Origin: a bacterium
Lineage (GTDB): Bacteria > UBA8248 > JACPRG01 > G963555815
Assembly: GCA_965218795.1 (NCBI GenBank)
Contig: OZ244653.1
Location: 320,001 to 384,000, forward strand
Length of the DNA: 64,000 nucleotides
Reading direction: 5' to 3'
Within the stretch, counting starts at the first letter, position 1. Each line of letters opens with the position of its first letter. Positions 39,326 to 49,392 of this stretch are shown one piece after another. The notes under the pieces are model-generated. The model had not been told where the DNA came from, made no database searches, and saw nothing but the letters and a program-made list of their open reading frames with translations. Both the position numbers and the translations under genes were made by a program.

Positions 39326-41620
39326 CTACGCCGTCGCTGACCCTTTCTCTTCTAATCCCATCATCACCTTTTCCGGCGTGATTGGCAAGGATGCAATTCG
39401 CACGCCAACGGCGTGATAGATGGCGTTCGAGACGGCCGCGGCCGTAGGCACGATCGCGGGCTCGCCTACGCCTTTGGCGCCGTAGGGGCCTGTCGGCTCG
39501 GACGATTCGACGAAAAAGCTCTCGATATCCGGAACGTCCTGCATGGTGGGAATTCGATAATCGTAAAAATTGGGGTTGACCACGCTGCCGTCCCCCATGG
39601 TGATGTCTTCCATGAGGGCGTACCCCAGCCCTTGGGCCACGCCGCCCTCGACTTGGCCCTCGATCGCCAGCTCATTGATCACCCTGCCCACGTCGTGGCC
39701 CGCGATAAACCGCAGGATCTTCACGAATCCGGTCTCCGTATCCACTTCCACCTCCGCGACGTGGGCGGCAAAGGAATACCCGGTGGAAACGTTGCCGTAC
39801 TTGTTCGGCGCAGGAATCACGACGTCGGGGGGAGAAAAGGATCCGATGCCCATGATGGGATTGCCCGCCGCGGAAAAGGTCGCCGTGCGGGCCACCTCTC
39901 CGACGGTGATCTTCCGATCTGGATGCGCCTTGACGTAAACCTCTCCGGACGCGAGGTCCAGGTCGTCCGGGCTGCACTCGAGCAGGTTCGCCGCATGGTC
40001 CACAATCTGACGCTTCGCATCCCGGGCGGCGTTCAGGACCGCGTTGCCTCCCAGCGTCGTCGTCCGGCTGGCGAAGGCCCCCAGGCAGGCGGGCGTGATG
40101 TCGGTGTCCACATTGGAAACCCGCACCGACTCCATCGGCAGGGACAACTCCTGGGCCGCGATTTGGGCCATGACGGTCCGGGAGCCCTGCCCGTAATCCA
40201 CTTCTCCGGTCAGGACATAGACGTTCCCGTCCTCATTGACCTGGACCTGTGCGGAGGAGCCGTCGAATTCCTTGAAGAACCCCCGAAATCCGGAAACGTG
40301 AATGCAGCTGGCCAAACCGACGCCCCGGCGATACCTGCCATTGACGCCCGAGGCATCCCTTCTTCGCTCGGGCCATTCAATCGACCTCATTGCGTTTTCA
40401 ATGCATTCCCTGAGTCCGGTGCTGCCAATATAGAACCCGTGGGTCGTCGTGTCGTCCTTTTGGACGATATTTTTGAGGCGCAGATCGGCCGGGTCCATCC
40501 CAAGCTCTTCGGCGAGCATGTCCATGGTGGACTCCAGGGCGAAGGCCCCTTGTGCGTTGCCGAACCCGCGGAATCCTCCGGAAGGCGCTTTGTTCGTATA
40601 GACCAGCCGATACCGGCTCCGGATGTTGGGAATCCGGTACATGTTGTCGATGCGGTAGGCCGCGATGCCGGTGATGGCCGGGGCGTAATCCGTATAGGCG
40701 CCGTTGTCGGCGAGAACGTCCGCATCCTTGGCCAATAGGTAACCCTGCTCGTCCGCCGCCAGCTTGTTGTAGATCGTCATGGCCACGCGGGGCCGGGTGG
40801 CCATGAACTCATCTCCCCGCGTGTGGTCGATGCGGACCGGTTTTTTTGCGTCCTTGGCCAGCAGCGCGGTGATGAGGTGCATGCGGTGCTCCATCTTGGC
40901 GCCGAACCCCCCGCCGATGAACGAGTGAATGATCCGGACGTCCTGCGAGGACATTCCGAGGATCTCAGCGTAGCGCATCTTGCACATCCAAGGGTTTTGG
41001 ACGCCCAGGTGAAGCGTCAGCCGGCCCGTGGGGTCGTACTCGGCCACGGCCGCCATGGGTTCCATGTAGCACTGGTGGACGCTCGATGTCCGGTAGGTGT
41101 TTTCGGCGACGGCCGCGGCCCGGGCGAAGGCGTCGTTCGGGTCCCCGTGGAGGATGTCACCCTGATTGGCGATGTTGTTCTCCACGTCATGGAGGGCGGG
41201 CGCGCCGTGCCGGACCGCCTCGGCGGGCTCAGTCACGAAGGGAAGCTCCTCATACTCGATTTCGATCAGCTCCAACGCCTCTTCCGCAGTATCCGGGTCG
41301 ATAGCGGCGACGGCGGCGATTTCTTCACCCGCGAAACGGACCTTGTCTTTGGAGAGGATGTATTCGTCGGCGATGATGGGTCCGTGCATGATGTTGCGTG
41401 GATCGTCCCCGGTCACGACGGCCTTCACCCCCCGAAGGGCGCGAGCCTTGGAAGCGTTGACGTTCAGGATGCGGGCGTGCGGATAAGGGCTCCGGAGGAT
41501 TTTTCCCCAGAGCATGCCGGGAAGATTCAGATCCGTGACGTACCGGCCGGCCCCCTGGGCCTTTTGCGGCGCTTCCACGGAAGGAACCCGTTTTCCGATA
41601 TAGGTGGTTGAGTCCGGCAT
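39326..41620 (-). CDS. Xanthine dehydrogenase-family molybdopterin-binding large subunit
   Basis: LRSPYPHA, GGGFGAK, GFRGFG, GQGS, FASRTT, GQVEGG, GAKGVGE. Confidence 0.93.
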   Translation of the reverse strand: MPDSTTYIGKRVPSVEAPQKAQGAGRYVTDLNLPGMLWGKILRSPYPHARILNVNASKARALRGVKAVVTGDDPRNIMHGPIIADEYILSKDKVRFAGEEIAAVAAIDPDTAEEALELIEIEYEELPFVTEPAEAVRHGAPALHDVENNIANQGDILHGDPNDAFARAAAVAENTYRTSSVHQCYMEPMAAVAEYDPTGRLTLHLGVQNPWMCKMRYAEILGMSSQDVRIIHSFIGGGFGAKMEHRMHLITALLAKDAKKPVRIDHTRGDEFMATRPRVAMTIYNKLAADEQGYLLAKDADVLADNGAYTDYAPAITGIAAYRIDNMYRIPNIRSRYRLVYTNKAPSGGFRGFGNAQGAFALESTMDMLAEELGMDPADLRLKNIVQKDDTTTHGFYIGSTGLRECIENAMRSIEWPERRRDASGVNGRYRRGVGLASCIHVSGFRGFFKEFDGSSAQVQVNEDGNVYVLTGEVDYGQGSRTVMAQIAAQELSLPMESVRVSNVDTDITPACLGAFASRTTTLGGNAVLNAARDAKRQIVDHAANLLECSPDDLDLASGEVYVKAHPDRKITVGEVARTATFSAAGNPIMGIGSFSPPDVVIPAPNKYGNVSTGYSFAAHVAEVEVDTETGFVKILRFIAGHDVGRVINELAIEGQVEGGVAQGLGYALMEDITMGDGSVVNPNFYDYRIPTMQDVPDIESFFVESSEPTGPYGAKGVGEPAIVPTAAAVSNAIYHAVGVRIASLPITPEKVMMGLEEKGSATA

Positions 41621-42003
41621 CGGCTATCCTCCTCTTGGATTGATTGTATGAGGCAATCTGGATGAGCGCAACCGGGAAAATGACGTTCAACCTCATCTTG
41701 CCGGAATTTAACGCTTTTTGGGGGTCACTCATGGAAGATTCCGGAAAGAGCCGATGGCTCGGCGTTCTGCCCGGACATCGAGCATTACGCGTCTGGTCAG
41801 ATAGAGGAAGGCCCCCATGTCGAACGCAGTCCCCTCTATCGATTCCCCAGGGGAGCGCGGAAGCTTCGGCCCCTGCATGGAGCCTGGCGCCGGGCAATAC
41901 AACCAACGGAGCAGGCCAAAGCCTGCGCGCTGCCTCCGAAGCCGGGCGGATAGGGATCGCTCGAATCGTGGAAGGGGGAGCACCCATTGCGCTGACGCCG
42001 GCT

Positions 42004-43056
42004 TCAAGAGCTCAGGCAGGATTCAATCACGGCCAACGCCCGGTCGATTTCCTCTTCGGTGACGTCCAGGTGGGTGAGGGCTCGGAAACGGGTTCCGCCG
42101 AGCATGCTCACCAGAACGCCGCGATCTTTCAGGGCCGCCGCCAGGTCCTTGGCCTTCTTTCCCGATCTGGCGATGTCGAAGACGACGATGTTCGTCGGCG
42201 TCGTCCCGAACGGCAGATCGACGTTCGGCATTGAGGCCATGCCTTCGGCCAGCTTCTTCGCCTTGGCGTGATCTTCCGCCAGCCGTTCGACGTGGTTCTT
42301 CAGCGCGTAGAGACCGGCCGCCGCCAGGATTCCCGCCTGCCGCATCCCGCCGCCGAGCATCTGCCGGACCCTTCGGGCTTCCTCGATCAGGTCCTTGGGA
42401 CCGGCGACCAGCGACCCGAAGGGCGCGCCGAGTCCCTTCGACAAGCAAAAGGAAAGGGTATCGGCGTTCCGCGCGATCTCCGCGACGGGCACGTCGGACG
42501 CAACGCTGGCATTGAACACCCGCGCGCCGTCCATGTGAAGCGGTATGCCCTGGTTATCGGACACCTTCTTGATCGCGCGCAGGGTGTCCATGGAATAAAC
42601 GGTCCCGCCGCCCCGGTTGTGGGTGTTCTCCACGCAGATGAGGCCCGTGCGGGCGCGGGGGAGGATTGGAGGCTGAACCGCCTCTTCCACCCGCTCTGCG
42701 GAAAGAAGGCCTCCATCCGTCTGGACGGGCCGGCATTGAACGCCGGAGACGGCCGCGGTGCCCCCGGATTCGAAGTTGTAGATGTGAGACGCTGCGTCGG
42801 CGATCAACTCATCCCCCTGTCGTGCGTGCAGACGGACCGCAATCTGGTTGGCCATGGTTCCCGACGTGACGAACAATGCGGCTTCTTTTCCTGCGACCTG
42901 GGCGGCAGCCTCCTCCAGCGCGTTGATGGTGGGATCTTCCCGGTAGGCATCGTCCCCGACGTCGGCCTCCGCCATGGCGCGCAGCATCCCTGAGGTCGGA
43001 CGGGTGACGGTGTCGCTCCGGATATCGATCGGTTTCGAATGGTTCACGCTAGTCAT
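42004..43056 (-). CDS. ltaE: Low-specificity L-threonine aldolase
   Basis: RSDTVT, SGTMAN, ENTHN, HMDGARVFNA, CLSKGLGAP, GGGMRQ. Confidence 0.92.
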   Translation of the reverse strand: MTSVNHSKPIDIRSDTVTRPTSGMLRAMAEADVGDDAYREDPTINALEEAAAQVAGKEAALFVTSGTMANQIAVRLHARQGDELIADAASHIYNFESGGTAAVSGVQCRPVQTDGGLLSAERVEEAVQPPILPRARTGLICVENTHNRGGGTVYSMDTLRAIKKVSDNQGIPLHMDGARVFNASVASDVPVAEIARNADTLSFCLSKGLGAPFGSLVAGPKDLIEEARRVRQMLGGGMRQAGILAAAGLYALKNHVERLAEDHAKAKKLAEGMASMPNVDLPFGTTPTNIVVFDIARSGKKAKDLAAALKDRGVLVSMLGGTRFRALTHLDVTEEEIDRALAVIESCLSS

Positions 43057-44038
43057 CCTTGAAGAGAGGGAGAAAATGCTTGGCCATCAGATCGATCTGA
43101 TCGGGTTCGGTCGAGGTGGGGTGAATGATGATGTACTGGAGCCCGAAGTCCTTGAGGTCCTGGAGGGTCGCGCACATGTCGTCGATCGTCCCGGTCAGGT
43201 AGCAGTCCTGAAGATGGTCCCAGCTTCTATGGGTCCCCATGGCGAACTCGAAGTGGGGGCGCTGGATGTCGAGGCATTGATCGCGGTCATTGGACTCTAC
43301 CATGTGGGTGAACTGAACATGGGCGAGCTGAAGGGTCTGGGGGTCCCGGCCGACGGAGGCCACGTAATCCCGGGCCGCCGTCAGGTCGCGCTTCACCCAA
43401 TCCTTATAGCCGGTGTTTCGGACGACGAACGTGTCCGCCTTGGCGATGCGTCGGAGAACGCTCTTTGCGATCGTCGTCTTGTCGGGGGAGAGGTCCGTCG
43501 AGATGCGTGATCCCCCCGCCACCCAGACCTCCGGCACCTTGGGCGGAAGCGGATCGATTCGCACATCCTTGAACCGGTAGAACTGCCCCTCGAACGATGC
43601 GTTCTCCTGCGTCAGCAGAATGTTCACCGCGTCGAGTATCTCATCGGTGCGGGCCCCGCGCTCGGAGATGTCCGTTCCCGTCACCTCGAATTCCCGGTCG
43701 TACCACCCCGGCCCGATACCGAAGACATACCGCCCGCCGGACAGGAAGTCGAGGGTGGCAATCTCTTTGGCCAACAGGACGGGGTTCCGCAGGGGCAGGA
43801 CGAGTATGGAGGTGCCGATCCGAATGCGCTTCGTCACCGCGGCCACGTGAGACAGAAGCGACATGGGCTCCAGCCAGGAGACCCCATAGAGGCCGGCGGC
43901 GTGGAGGAGGTGGTCGATGACCCACACGCCGTCAAAGCCCAGGTCCTCGGCCTTGCGGGCGTACTCGCGTATCCCTTCGGCTTCGGTGTAATCCATCTTG
44001 TGGCGGGAGAAGGAAGGGATCCATGCGCCGAATTTCAT
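43049..44038 (-). CDS. LLM (luciferase-like) flavin/F420-dependent oxidoreductase
   Basis: AEDLGFDGVWVIDH, LRNPVLLAKEIATLDFLSGGR, GIGPGW...EF. Confidence 0.9.
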   Translation of the reverse strand: MKFGAWIPSFSRHKMDYTEAEGIREYARKAEDLGFDGVWVIDHLLHAAGLYGVSWLEPMSLLSHVAAVTKRIRIGTSILVLPLRNPVLLAKEIATLDFLSGGRYVFGIGPGWYDREFEVTGTDISERGARTDEILDAVNILLTQENASFEGQFYRFKDVRIDPLPPKVPEVWVAGGSRISTDLSPDKTTIAKSVLRRIAKADTFVVRNTGYKDWVKRDLTAARDYVASVGRDPQTLQLAHVQFTHMVESNDRDQCLDIQRPHFEFAMGTHRSWDHLQDCYLTGTIDDMCATLQDLKDFGLQYIIIHPTSTEPDQIDLMAKHFLPLFKDD

Positions 44039-44194
44039 GGGGCCTTGTCCTTTCTTCAGCGTAGGGGCCGGGCTCCGTACCGGCCAACGCAGAGGAATCC
44101 GCGGCCTGAGCGGTCGCCCCGGTCCCCGCTTCGGGCACAGCCCTCCACCCGGACCGGGGCTGCCATATGACGAGAATTCTTGCAACCAATGTAC

Positions 44195-45169
44195 TCACTC
44201 ACCCCGGGATTCTCTTTCCACGAACATGGACAGGCGGTAACGGTCGCGCTCCTTGAGCCACAGCAGCAATTTCTCGTCCCGTTCCCGCAATAATTCCTCC
44301 CTGGATTGGCCGGCGTAATGATAGAATCCCGCGCCCGATTTCAGCCCCAGGTCTCCCCCGTCCACCATTTCCCGGACAACGGCCGGAACCTCCTTGGTAT
44401 CCGATATCTCCGGGAACATGCTCTCCCAGACCAGGCGGAAGGTGTCCAGTCCGCCGAAGTCCGGCACCTGCATCGGGTCCAGAATGGGAAAGCGGAGGGA
44501 TATGCCCTCGCGCATGACGGCGTCGATACCCTCCGCGTCCGTGACGCCGTCCTGAATCAGCGAAACGCACTCGCGGTAAAGGGCGGAGGCCAGGCGCACG
44601 CCGATGAAGCCCGGGATGCACTTGCGGATCAGGACCGGGGCGCTGCCGAGCGATTTCAGGATGTCCATCATCTCCTCAGCCGTTTCGTCTCCCGTTTCGG
44701 GCCCGAGGACGACCTCGACGAGGGGAACGAGATAGGCCGGATTCCAGAAGTGGGCGATGATGAGGCGTTGGGGGCGCGGGAAACCCGGAGCCAGCTCATA
44801 GATGTTCAGCCCCGAGGTCGTGCTCGCCACAAGGGCTTGCGGCGGAGCCTCTTGGCCGATGTCTTTGTATATCTCCCGTTTGGCGTCGGGAGACTCGGGG
44901 ATGGCTTCGAAGATCAGGTCTTGGCCCGCAAGGCCCGCGGCGAGGTCCGTGGTGACCGATACCCTCGCCAGGACGGTCTCCACGCAGCCCTCGGGCCCCG
45001 CTCCGTGACGGGTCAGGAGCTCGAGGTTCTTGGCGATTTGGCCCCGGGCTCTTTCCAGAGACCCCTGCCGGCGGGCGATCAGCGTGGTGTCCCACCCGTG
45101 GTGGGCGAACAACTGGCCGATCCCGTGCCCCATCGTGCCCGCACCGACGACGGCCATCCGCTGGGTCAA
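44195..45169 (-). CDS. 3-hydroxyacyl-CoA dehydrogenase family protein
   Basis: VVGAGTMGHGI, EAIPE, HFWNP..VPLVE, PGFI, DFGGLD. Confidence 0.9.
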   Translation of the reverse strand: MTQRMAVVGAGTMGHGIGQLFAHHGWDTTLIARRQGSLERARGQIAKNLELLTRHGAGPEGCVETVLARVSVTTDLAAGLAGQDLIFEAIPESPDAKREIYKDIGQEAPPQALVASTTSGLNIYELAPGFPRPQRLIIAHFWNPAYLVPLVEVVLGPETGDETAEEMMDILKSLGSAPVLIRKCIPGFIGVRLASALYRECVSLIQDGVTDAEGIDAVMREGISLRFPILDPMQVPDFGGLDTFRLVWESMFPEISDTKEVPAVVREMVDGGDLGLKSGAGFYHYAGQSREELLRERDEKLLLWLKERDRYRLSMFVERESRGE

Positions 45170-45599
45170 TCGTCTGTCTCCGTCCGACTTGTCGGGTGGT
45201 GCTCGATTGAACGTCCTGCCCTTATCGTATGCGGACTTGAAACAGGGCGCAACATGGCTTTGTGAATTTCCATCGGCAATGCGCTCTGCCTGTTGACTCG
45301 GGTTTTGAGCGATGGGCTTGTTTCTCTGGGAAGGATGGAATCGCCCCGAGTCCTTACTTTTTGTAGGGTCAATACATGATGAAGCCCTGTCTCTTTAGAG
45401 AAACGGACCGAGCATGACGGAGATTCATCCCCCCTTCAGTTTTGAAGAACCCAGCTTGCTTGCGTGGATCAAGATGTTTTACGAGCGCTATCGCGGCGAC
45501 GCAAAATTCCGGAAACGGTTTCGCGAAGACCCCCCGGGGACCATCGACAAACGGAAGCGTGTCGCGACTTGCATCCCGCAATTCGCGTCCTGCGGGAGA

Positions 45600-46373
45600 T
45601 TATTCCCGAGGCCCCAGGTGTCGGCTGAACCAGTCGACGATCAGCGAGGCGCACTCGTCCACATGCCGGTCCTCTGAAAACCGGTGGTCCGCACCGCCGA
45701 TGATATGGATGGATTTCCCGCCCCCGGCGGCGTGGAAAAGATCCATGGCCTCCTTCGGCGGAATCAGCTCGTCCTCCTGGCCGTGGATGAGGAGAACCGC
45801 TGCCCTGGTCTTGGCGACGGCTCCCAGGACGTCCTGTTTCTTCGCATCGTCGATGAGCTGTAGTCCGATGTTCCCGAGCGGCGTGTCGATGAAGCCCTGC
45901 TCGCGGTAGATAGTCTCGCTGTTCGGGTTGTATTCTCCCGGTCGAGCCAGGGAGGCCATTAAAACCATGACCTCGACCTGGGGGTCCTGGGCGGCATAGA
46001 GCGCCGCGACGGCGCTGCCCATGCTGGACCCGATCAGCCCCAGCGGGCCGTTGGTTCTCGTACGCACGTAATCGACTGCGGACCGAAGGTCCTCCACCTC
46101 TCCCGTGAACGTCATCTCCTCCAGACTGCCTTCGGATTCGCCCACGAAGGAAAAATCGAACCGCAGGACTACGAAACCCCTCTCGGCAAGTCCATCGGCG
46201 AACCGCTTATGCTTGCTGCTGTCTTTGTTGGACAGCATCCCGTGACAGACCAGAACGGCCGGAGGATCCTTCTGCTCCGAAGAGGGGTCGGTATCCAGAT
46301 ATCCGCGAATTCTCTGGTTCCTGGCGTTGGGGAAGATGACGCGCTCTGTCTTTGGCGTGAACGGCCTCGGCAT
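45600..46373 (-). CDS. Alpha/beta fold hydrolase
   Basis: VCHG, RFDFS.VGESEG, GSSMG nucleophile elbow, IHGQEDE, GADHRF. Confidence 0.9.
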   Translation of the reverse strand: MPRPFTPKTERVIFPNARNQRIRGYLDTDPSSEQKDPPAVLVCHGMLSNKDSSKHKRFADGLAERGFVVLRFDFSFVGESEGSLEEMTFTGEVEDLRSAVDYVRTRTNGPLGLIGSSMGSAVAALYAAQDPQVEVMVLMASLARPGEYNPNSETIYREQGFIDTPLGNIGLQLIDDAKKQDVLGAVAKTRAAVLLIHGQEDELIPPKEAMDLFHAAGGGKSIHIIGGADHRFSEDRHVDECASLIVDWFSRHLGPRE

Positions 46374-46596
46374 GATGTGTCTCCCGGATTGATTCAGCCG
46401 GCATCTTAACATGCTCGAATTCCACCCTTCTTCCGTGCGGGAACGTTTCGCTCTGCATCCCGCACTCATTCGGAGAGGTTGATCACTGCGGCGGCCCGCT
46501 TGTGAAAGAATTGATTCCGTGGCAGAATTGCCCAATGAGTAAGGAGTTCAACCTGGGAATCAGACTTTCACGGATTCCGTCTTCTGAAGGTTCCTC

Positions 46597-47889
46597 ATGG
46601 CGCGAAAAAGTACGTTCACGACGCGCGGCTGGATGATCATCGCCGCGGGCTTTACGCTGATGGGCCTGGGCACGGGCGTCAGCTTCACGATTGGTGTCTT
46701 TCTGAAGCCCCTGGCTCAGGAGTTCTCGTGGACCCGGTCCGAGATCGCCCTGGCCTATTCGATCAATATGCTGGTCCTCGGGGCTTTCTCCTTCGTCATG
46801 GGCGCGATGTCCGACCGGTGGGGTGCGACGCGCGTTCTTCTGGCCGGATCATTGATCATGGCCCTGGGGATGTACCTCAACCGGCATCTCTCATCCATCT
46901 GGCAGCTCTATGTCTTCTACGGCCTGCTCATGGGAATGGGGAAGGCGGCGTTCCATTCCCCCCTCATGTCCTACATCGCACGGATCTTCGACAAGCGGCG
47001 GGGCCTGGCCGTCGGCCTCATTTTTTCGGGGACGGGCATCGGCCTGTTCGTCCTGGCCCCGCTGACCCGCTACCTCATCTCCACCGTCGGCTGGCGGATG
47101 ACCTTTGCCAGTCTGTCCCTGTCACTCGTCGTGATCGGCCTGCCCGCCCTTTGGTATTTCCGGGAAAAACAGGGGCAGGTGGTCGAGCGCTGGGACGAAG
47201 AACCCGTTGCCATTGCGTCGGGTGAGATGGTTCAAGCCGAGGTGAGCCCGGAGCCCGAACCGCCTGAGAAGTTCCATTGGAGGAACCGCTCCTATTGGGT
47301 CATGTGCGGCCTGCATTACTTTGACTGCGTTTGCCACTCCGTTCCTCTGGTTCACGTGGTGGCGTACGCGACGGACAGGAGCATCTCGCCGGAACAGGGG
47401 GCGGGCGTACTGGGAATCGTCGGGCTGGCGGCCATCGCAGGACGGGTCATTATTCCATCCCTGACCGACCGAATCGGCTCGAGAAACGGGCTTCTTCTGA
47501 CGCTGATCCTCCAAACGGGGATGATCCCATTCCTCATGGTCTCCGACACCCTGATCATGTTTTATGTTTTCGCCGTGATCTTCGGAATCGGATGGGGCGG
47601 CAACAGCCCGATGTACCCGCTCCTGACCCGGGAATACTTCGGGTCGAGACGCCTGGGCGCCATTTACGGGGGAACCATTGTGGCGGCCAGCCTGGGAATG
47701 GCGGCTGGCGGCTACATGGGCGGCCTGTTGTTCGATATTTCGGGAAGCTATCAGGCTTCCCTCTGGTTCAGCCTCACCGCGGGGGTCATTTCGATTGCGA
47801 TCATCCCATTCCTGAAGCCTTTGAGGCGGAGGAAGGAGAAGGAGCCGGTTCTGGTTCCGGTGTCCGCGCCCGCGGCGCTGAAGGCGTAG
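46597..47889 (+). CDS. MFS transporter (OFA/MCT-like)
   Basis: About 12 TM segments; GAMSDRWG, TDRIG, REYFG. Confidence 0.92.
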   Translation: MARKSTFTTRGWMIIAAGFTLMGLGTGVSFTIGVFLKPLAQEFSWTRSEIALAYSINMLVLGAFSFVMGAMSDRWGATRVLLAGSLIMALGMYLNRHLSSIWQLYVFYGLLMGMGKAAFHSPLMSYIARIFDKRRGLAVGLIFSGTGIGLFVLAPLTRYLISTVGWRMTFASLSLSLVVIGLPALWYFREKQGQVVERWDEEPVAIASGEMVQAEVSPEPEPPEKFHWRNRSYWVMCGLHYFDCVCHSVPLVHVVAYATDRSISPEQGAGVLGIVGLAAIAGRVIIPSLTDRIGSRNGLLLTLILQTGMIPFLMVSDTLIMFYVFAVIFGIGWGGNSPMYPLLTREYFGSRRLGAIYGGTIVAASLGMAAGGYMGGLLFDISGSYQASLWFSLTAGVISIAIIPFLKPLRRRKEKEPVLVPVSAPAALKA

Positions 47890-47940
47890 CCTCTTCGATT
47901 GCGGGCGGGCGTTTTCGAACCCGGATTATCCATCGACTCC

Positions 47941-47979
47941 AATAAAAAAAGCGGAGCTTTATGCCCCGCTTTTTTTATT
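47941..47979. terminator. Bidirectional Rho-independent terminator
   Basis: AATAAAAAAAGCGG...CCGCTTTTTTTATT between convergent genes. Confidence 0.85.
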
Positions 47980-48009
47980 GGTAAGCCGGAATCTTTCCGA
48001 CATTTCACA

Positions 48010-49392
48010 TCAATACTTCAGCTTGGCTTTTTCCCCGTCCGCGAGAATCAGCAGGATTCCATCTTCGGGGTGGAGGTACTTTTTCGCCACCCGGAGGATG
48101 TCTTGCCGGGTCACGGCGCGGATCAGACTCGGGAAGCGATCGATATAATCCAACCCCAGGTTGTACAGCTCAACGTTGGTGTAGAAGGACGCCAGATTCC
48201 GGTTGCCCGCCAGGCCCAGAGGGAAGCTTCCCGTGATGAAGGCCTTGGCGTCGGCCAATTCCTTCTCGGAAACCGGTTCTTTCCGCATTCGGCGAATCTG
48301 CTCGAAGAGCGCGTCCAGCGCGCGGTTGGCCGTTTCATTCCGGGTCCCCAGACCGGCCCGAAAAGTCCCCGCCTGAAGCCCGTAGGAGAAATAGCTCCAG
48401 GCGCTGTAGGCCAGACCCTGCTCCTCGCGGATGGTCTTGAGGATTCGTGACTCGAATCCGCCGCCGCCCAGAATGTAGTTCATGACCCGGACCGCGTAAT
48501 AGTCCGGATTGTTCCGGAGCGGCCCCGGATGGCCAAAAAGCACACGTGCCTGCGCGACGGGCCGCTGAATTTTTTCGACCTTCCGGCTGCCCGGAAATTT
48601 CGGCCGCGCAAAAGATTTTGTCGGGGGCCGAGAACCCACCCAGCCGGCCAGGGATTTCAGGAGGAGTTCTTCGGCCGCCTTCCGGCCGATGTCACCGACA
48701 ACAATGGCGATCGCCCCCTTGGGCCGGTAGTGGTCCCGGTGGAATCGCACAAGGTCATCCCGCCGGATGCGGCGGAGCGAATCCACTTCGCCGACCAGCC
48801 GGCGTCCATACGGATGGGAACCGTAGAGCGCGCGCCGGAAGGCCACCCTCGCCTGGGAGCCGGGATCTTGCTTGCTTCGCTCGATCCTCCCGATGGTCTC
48901 CTTGACCTCCCGCTGGAGTTCCTTTTCCGGAAACGAGGGGTGCAGAAGCATCTCTGCAAAGAGCTGCATGCCCCGCTCCAGGTCGGTGGTGGCGACGGTC
49001 ATTCCGCCGCTTGACGTATCCCTTCCCCCGCTGAAGCCGATCCGCCCCCCCAGCTCTTCGATCGCTTCCTGAAGCCCGACCGCCGTGCGGTCAGCCGTTC
49101 CCTCGGACATGAGATTCGCGGTCAGTGCGGCCAGTCCGGCCTTCTCTGCCGGTTCGTCGACGGCGCCGGCGCGGAAGGTGATGCGCAGGGTCACAAGCGG
49201 GAGCGAGCGCTGCTCGACGTGCAGGAGGATCATCCCGTTGGGGAGGACCGAGCGCGTGGCCCGGTACGAGGCCAAGGCGGGGGTATGGAGCCAAGCGGCG
49301 AATAGGAACCCTGCCGAGATGAGAGGAATCAATCGTCTCCCGCGGGGAAGCCGTGAGAGTTTGGATGCGGGTCGAACGTTGATCGTCTTCAT
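48010..49392 (-). CDS. M16 family peptidase, non-catalytic subunit
   Basis: LPNG, ILGGGGFESR, REEQGLAYS; lacks HXXEH; ATGA coupling to its partner. Confidence 0.88.
   Translation of the reverse strand: MKTINVRPASKLSRLPRGRRLIPLISAGFLFAAWLHTPALASYRATRSVLPNGMILLHVEQRSLPLVTLRITFRAGAVDEPAEKAGLAALTANLMSEGTADRTAVGLQEAIEELGGRIGFSGGRDTSSGGMTVATTDLERGMQLFAEMLLHPSFPEKELQREVKETIGRIERSKQDPGSQARVAFRRALYGSHPYGRRLVGEVDSLRRIRRDDLVRFHRDHYRPKGAIAIVVGDIGRKAAEELLLKSLAGWVGSRPPTKSFARPKFPGSRKVEKIQRPVAQARVLFGHPGPLRNNPDYYAVRVMNYILGGGGFESRILKTIREEQGLAYSAWSYFSYGLQAGTFRAGLGTRNETANRALDALFEQIRRMRKEPVSEKELADAKAFITGSFPLGLAGNRNLASFYTNVELYNLGLDYIDRFPSLIRAVTRQDILRVAKKYLHPEDGILLILADGEKAKLKY

Noticed and set aside
39413-41611. 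Long plus-strand ORFs of 441 and 262 aa
   Set aside because: Mirror-frame shadows of the Mo-binding subunit
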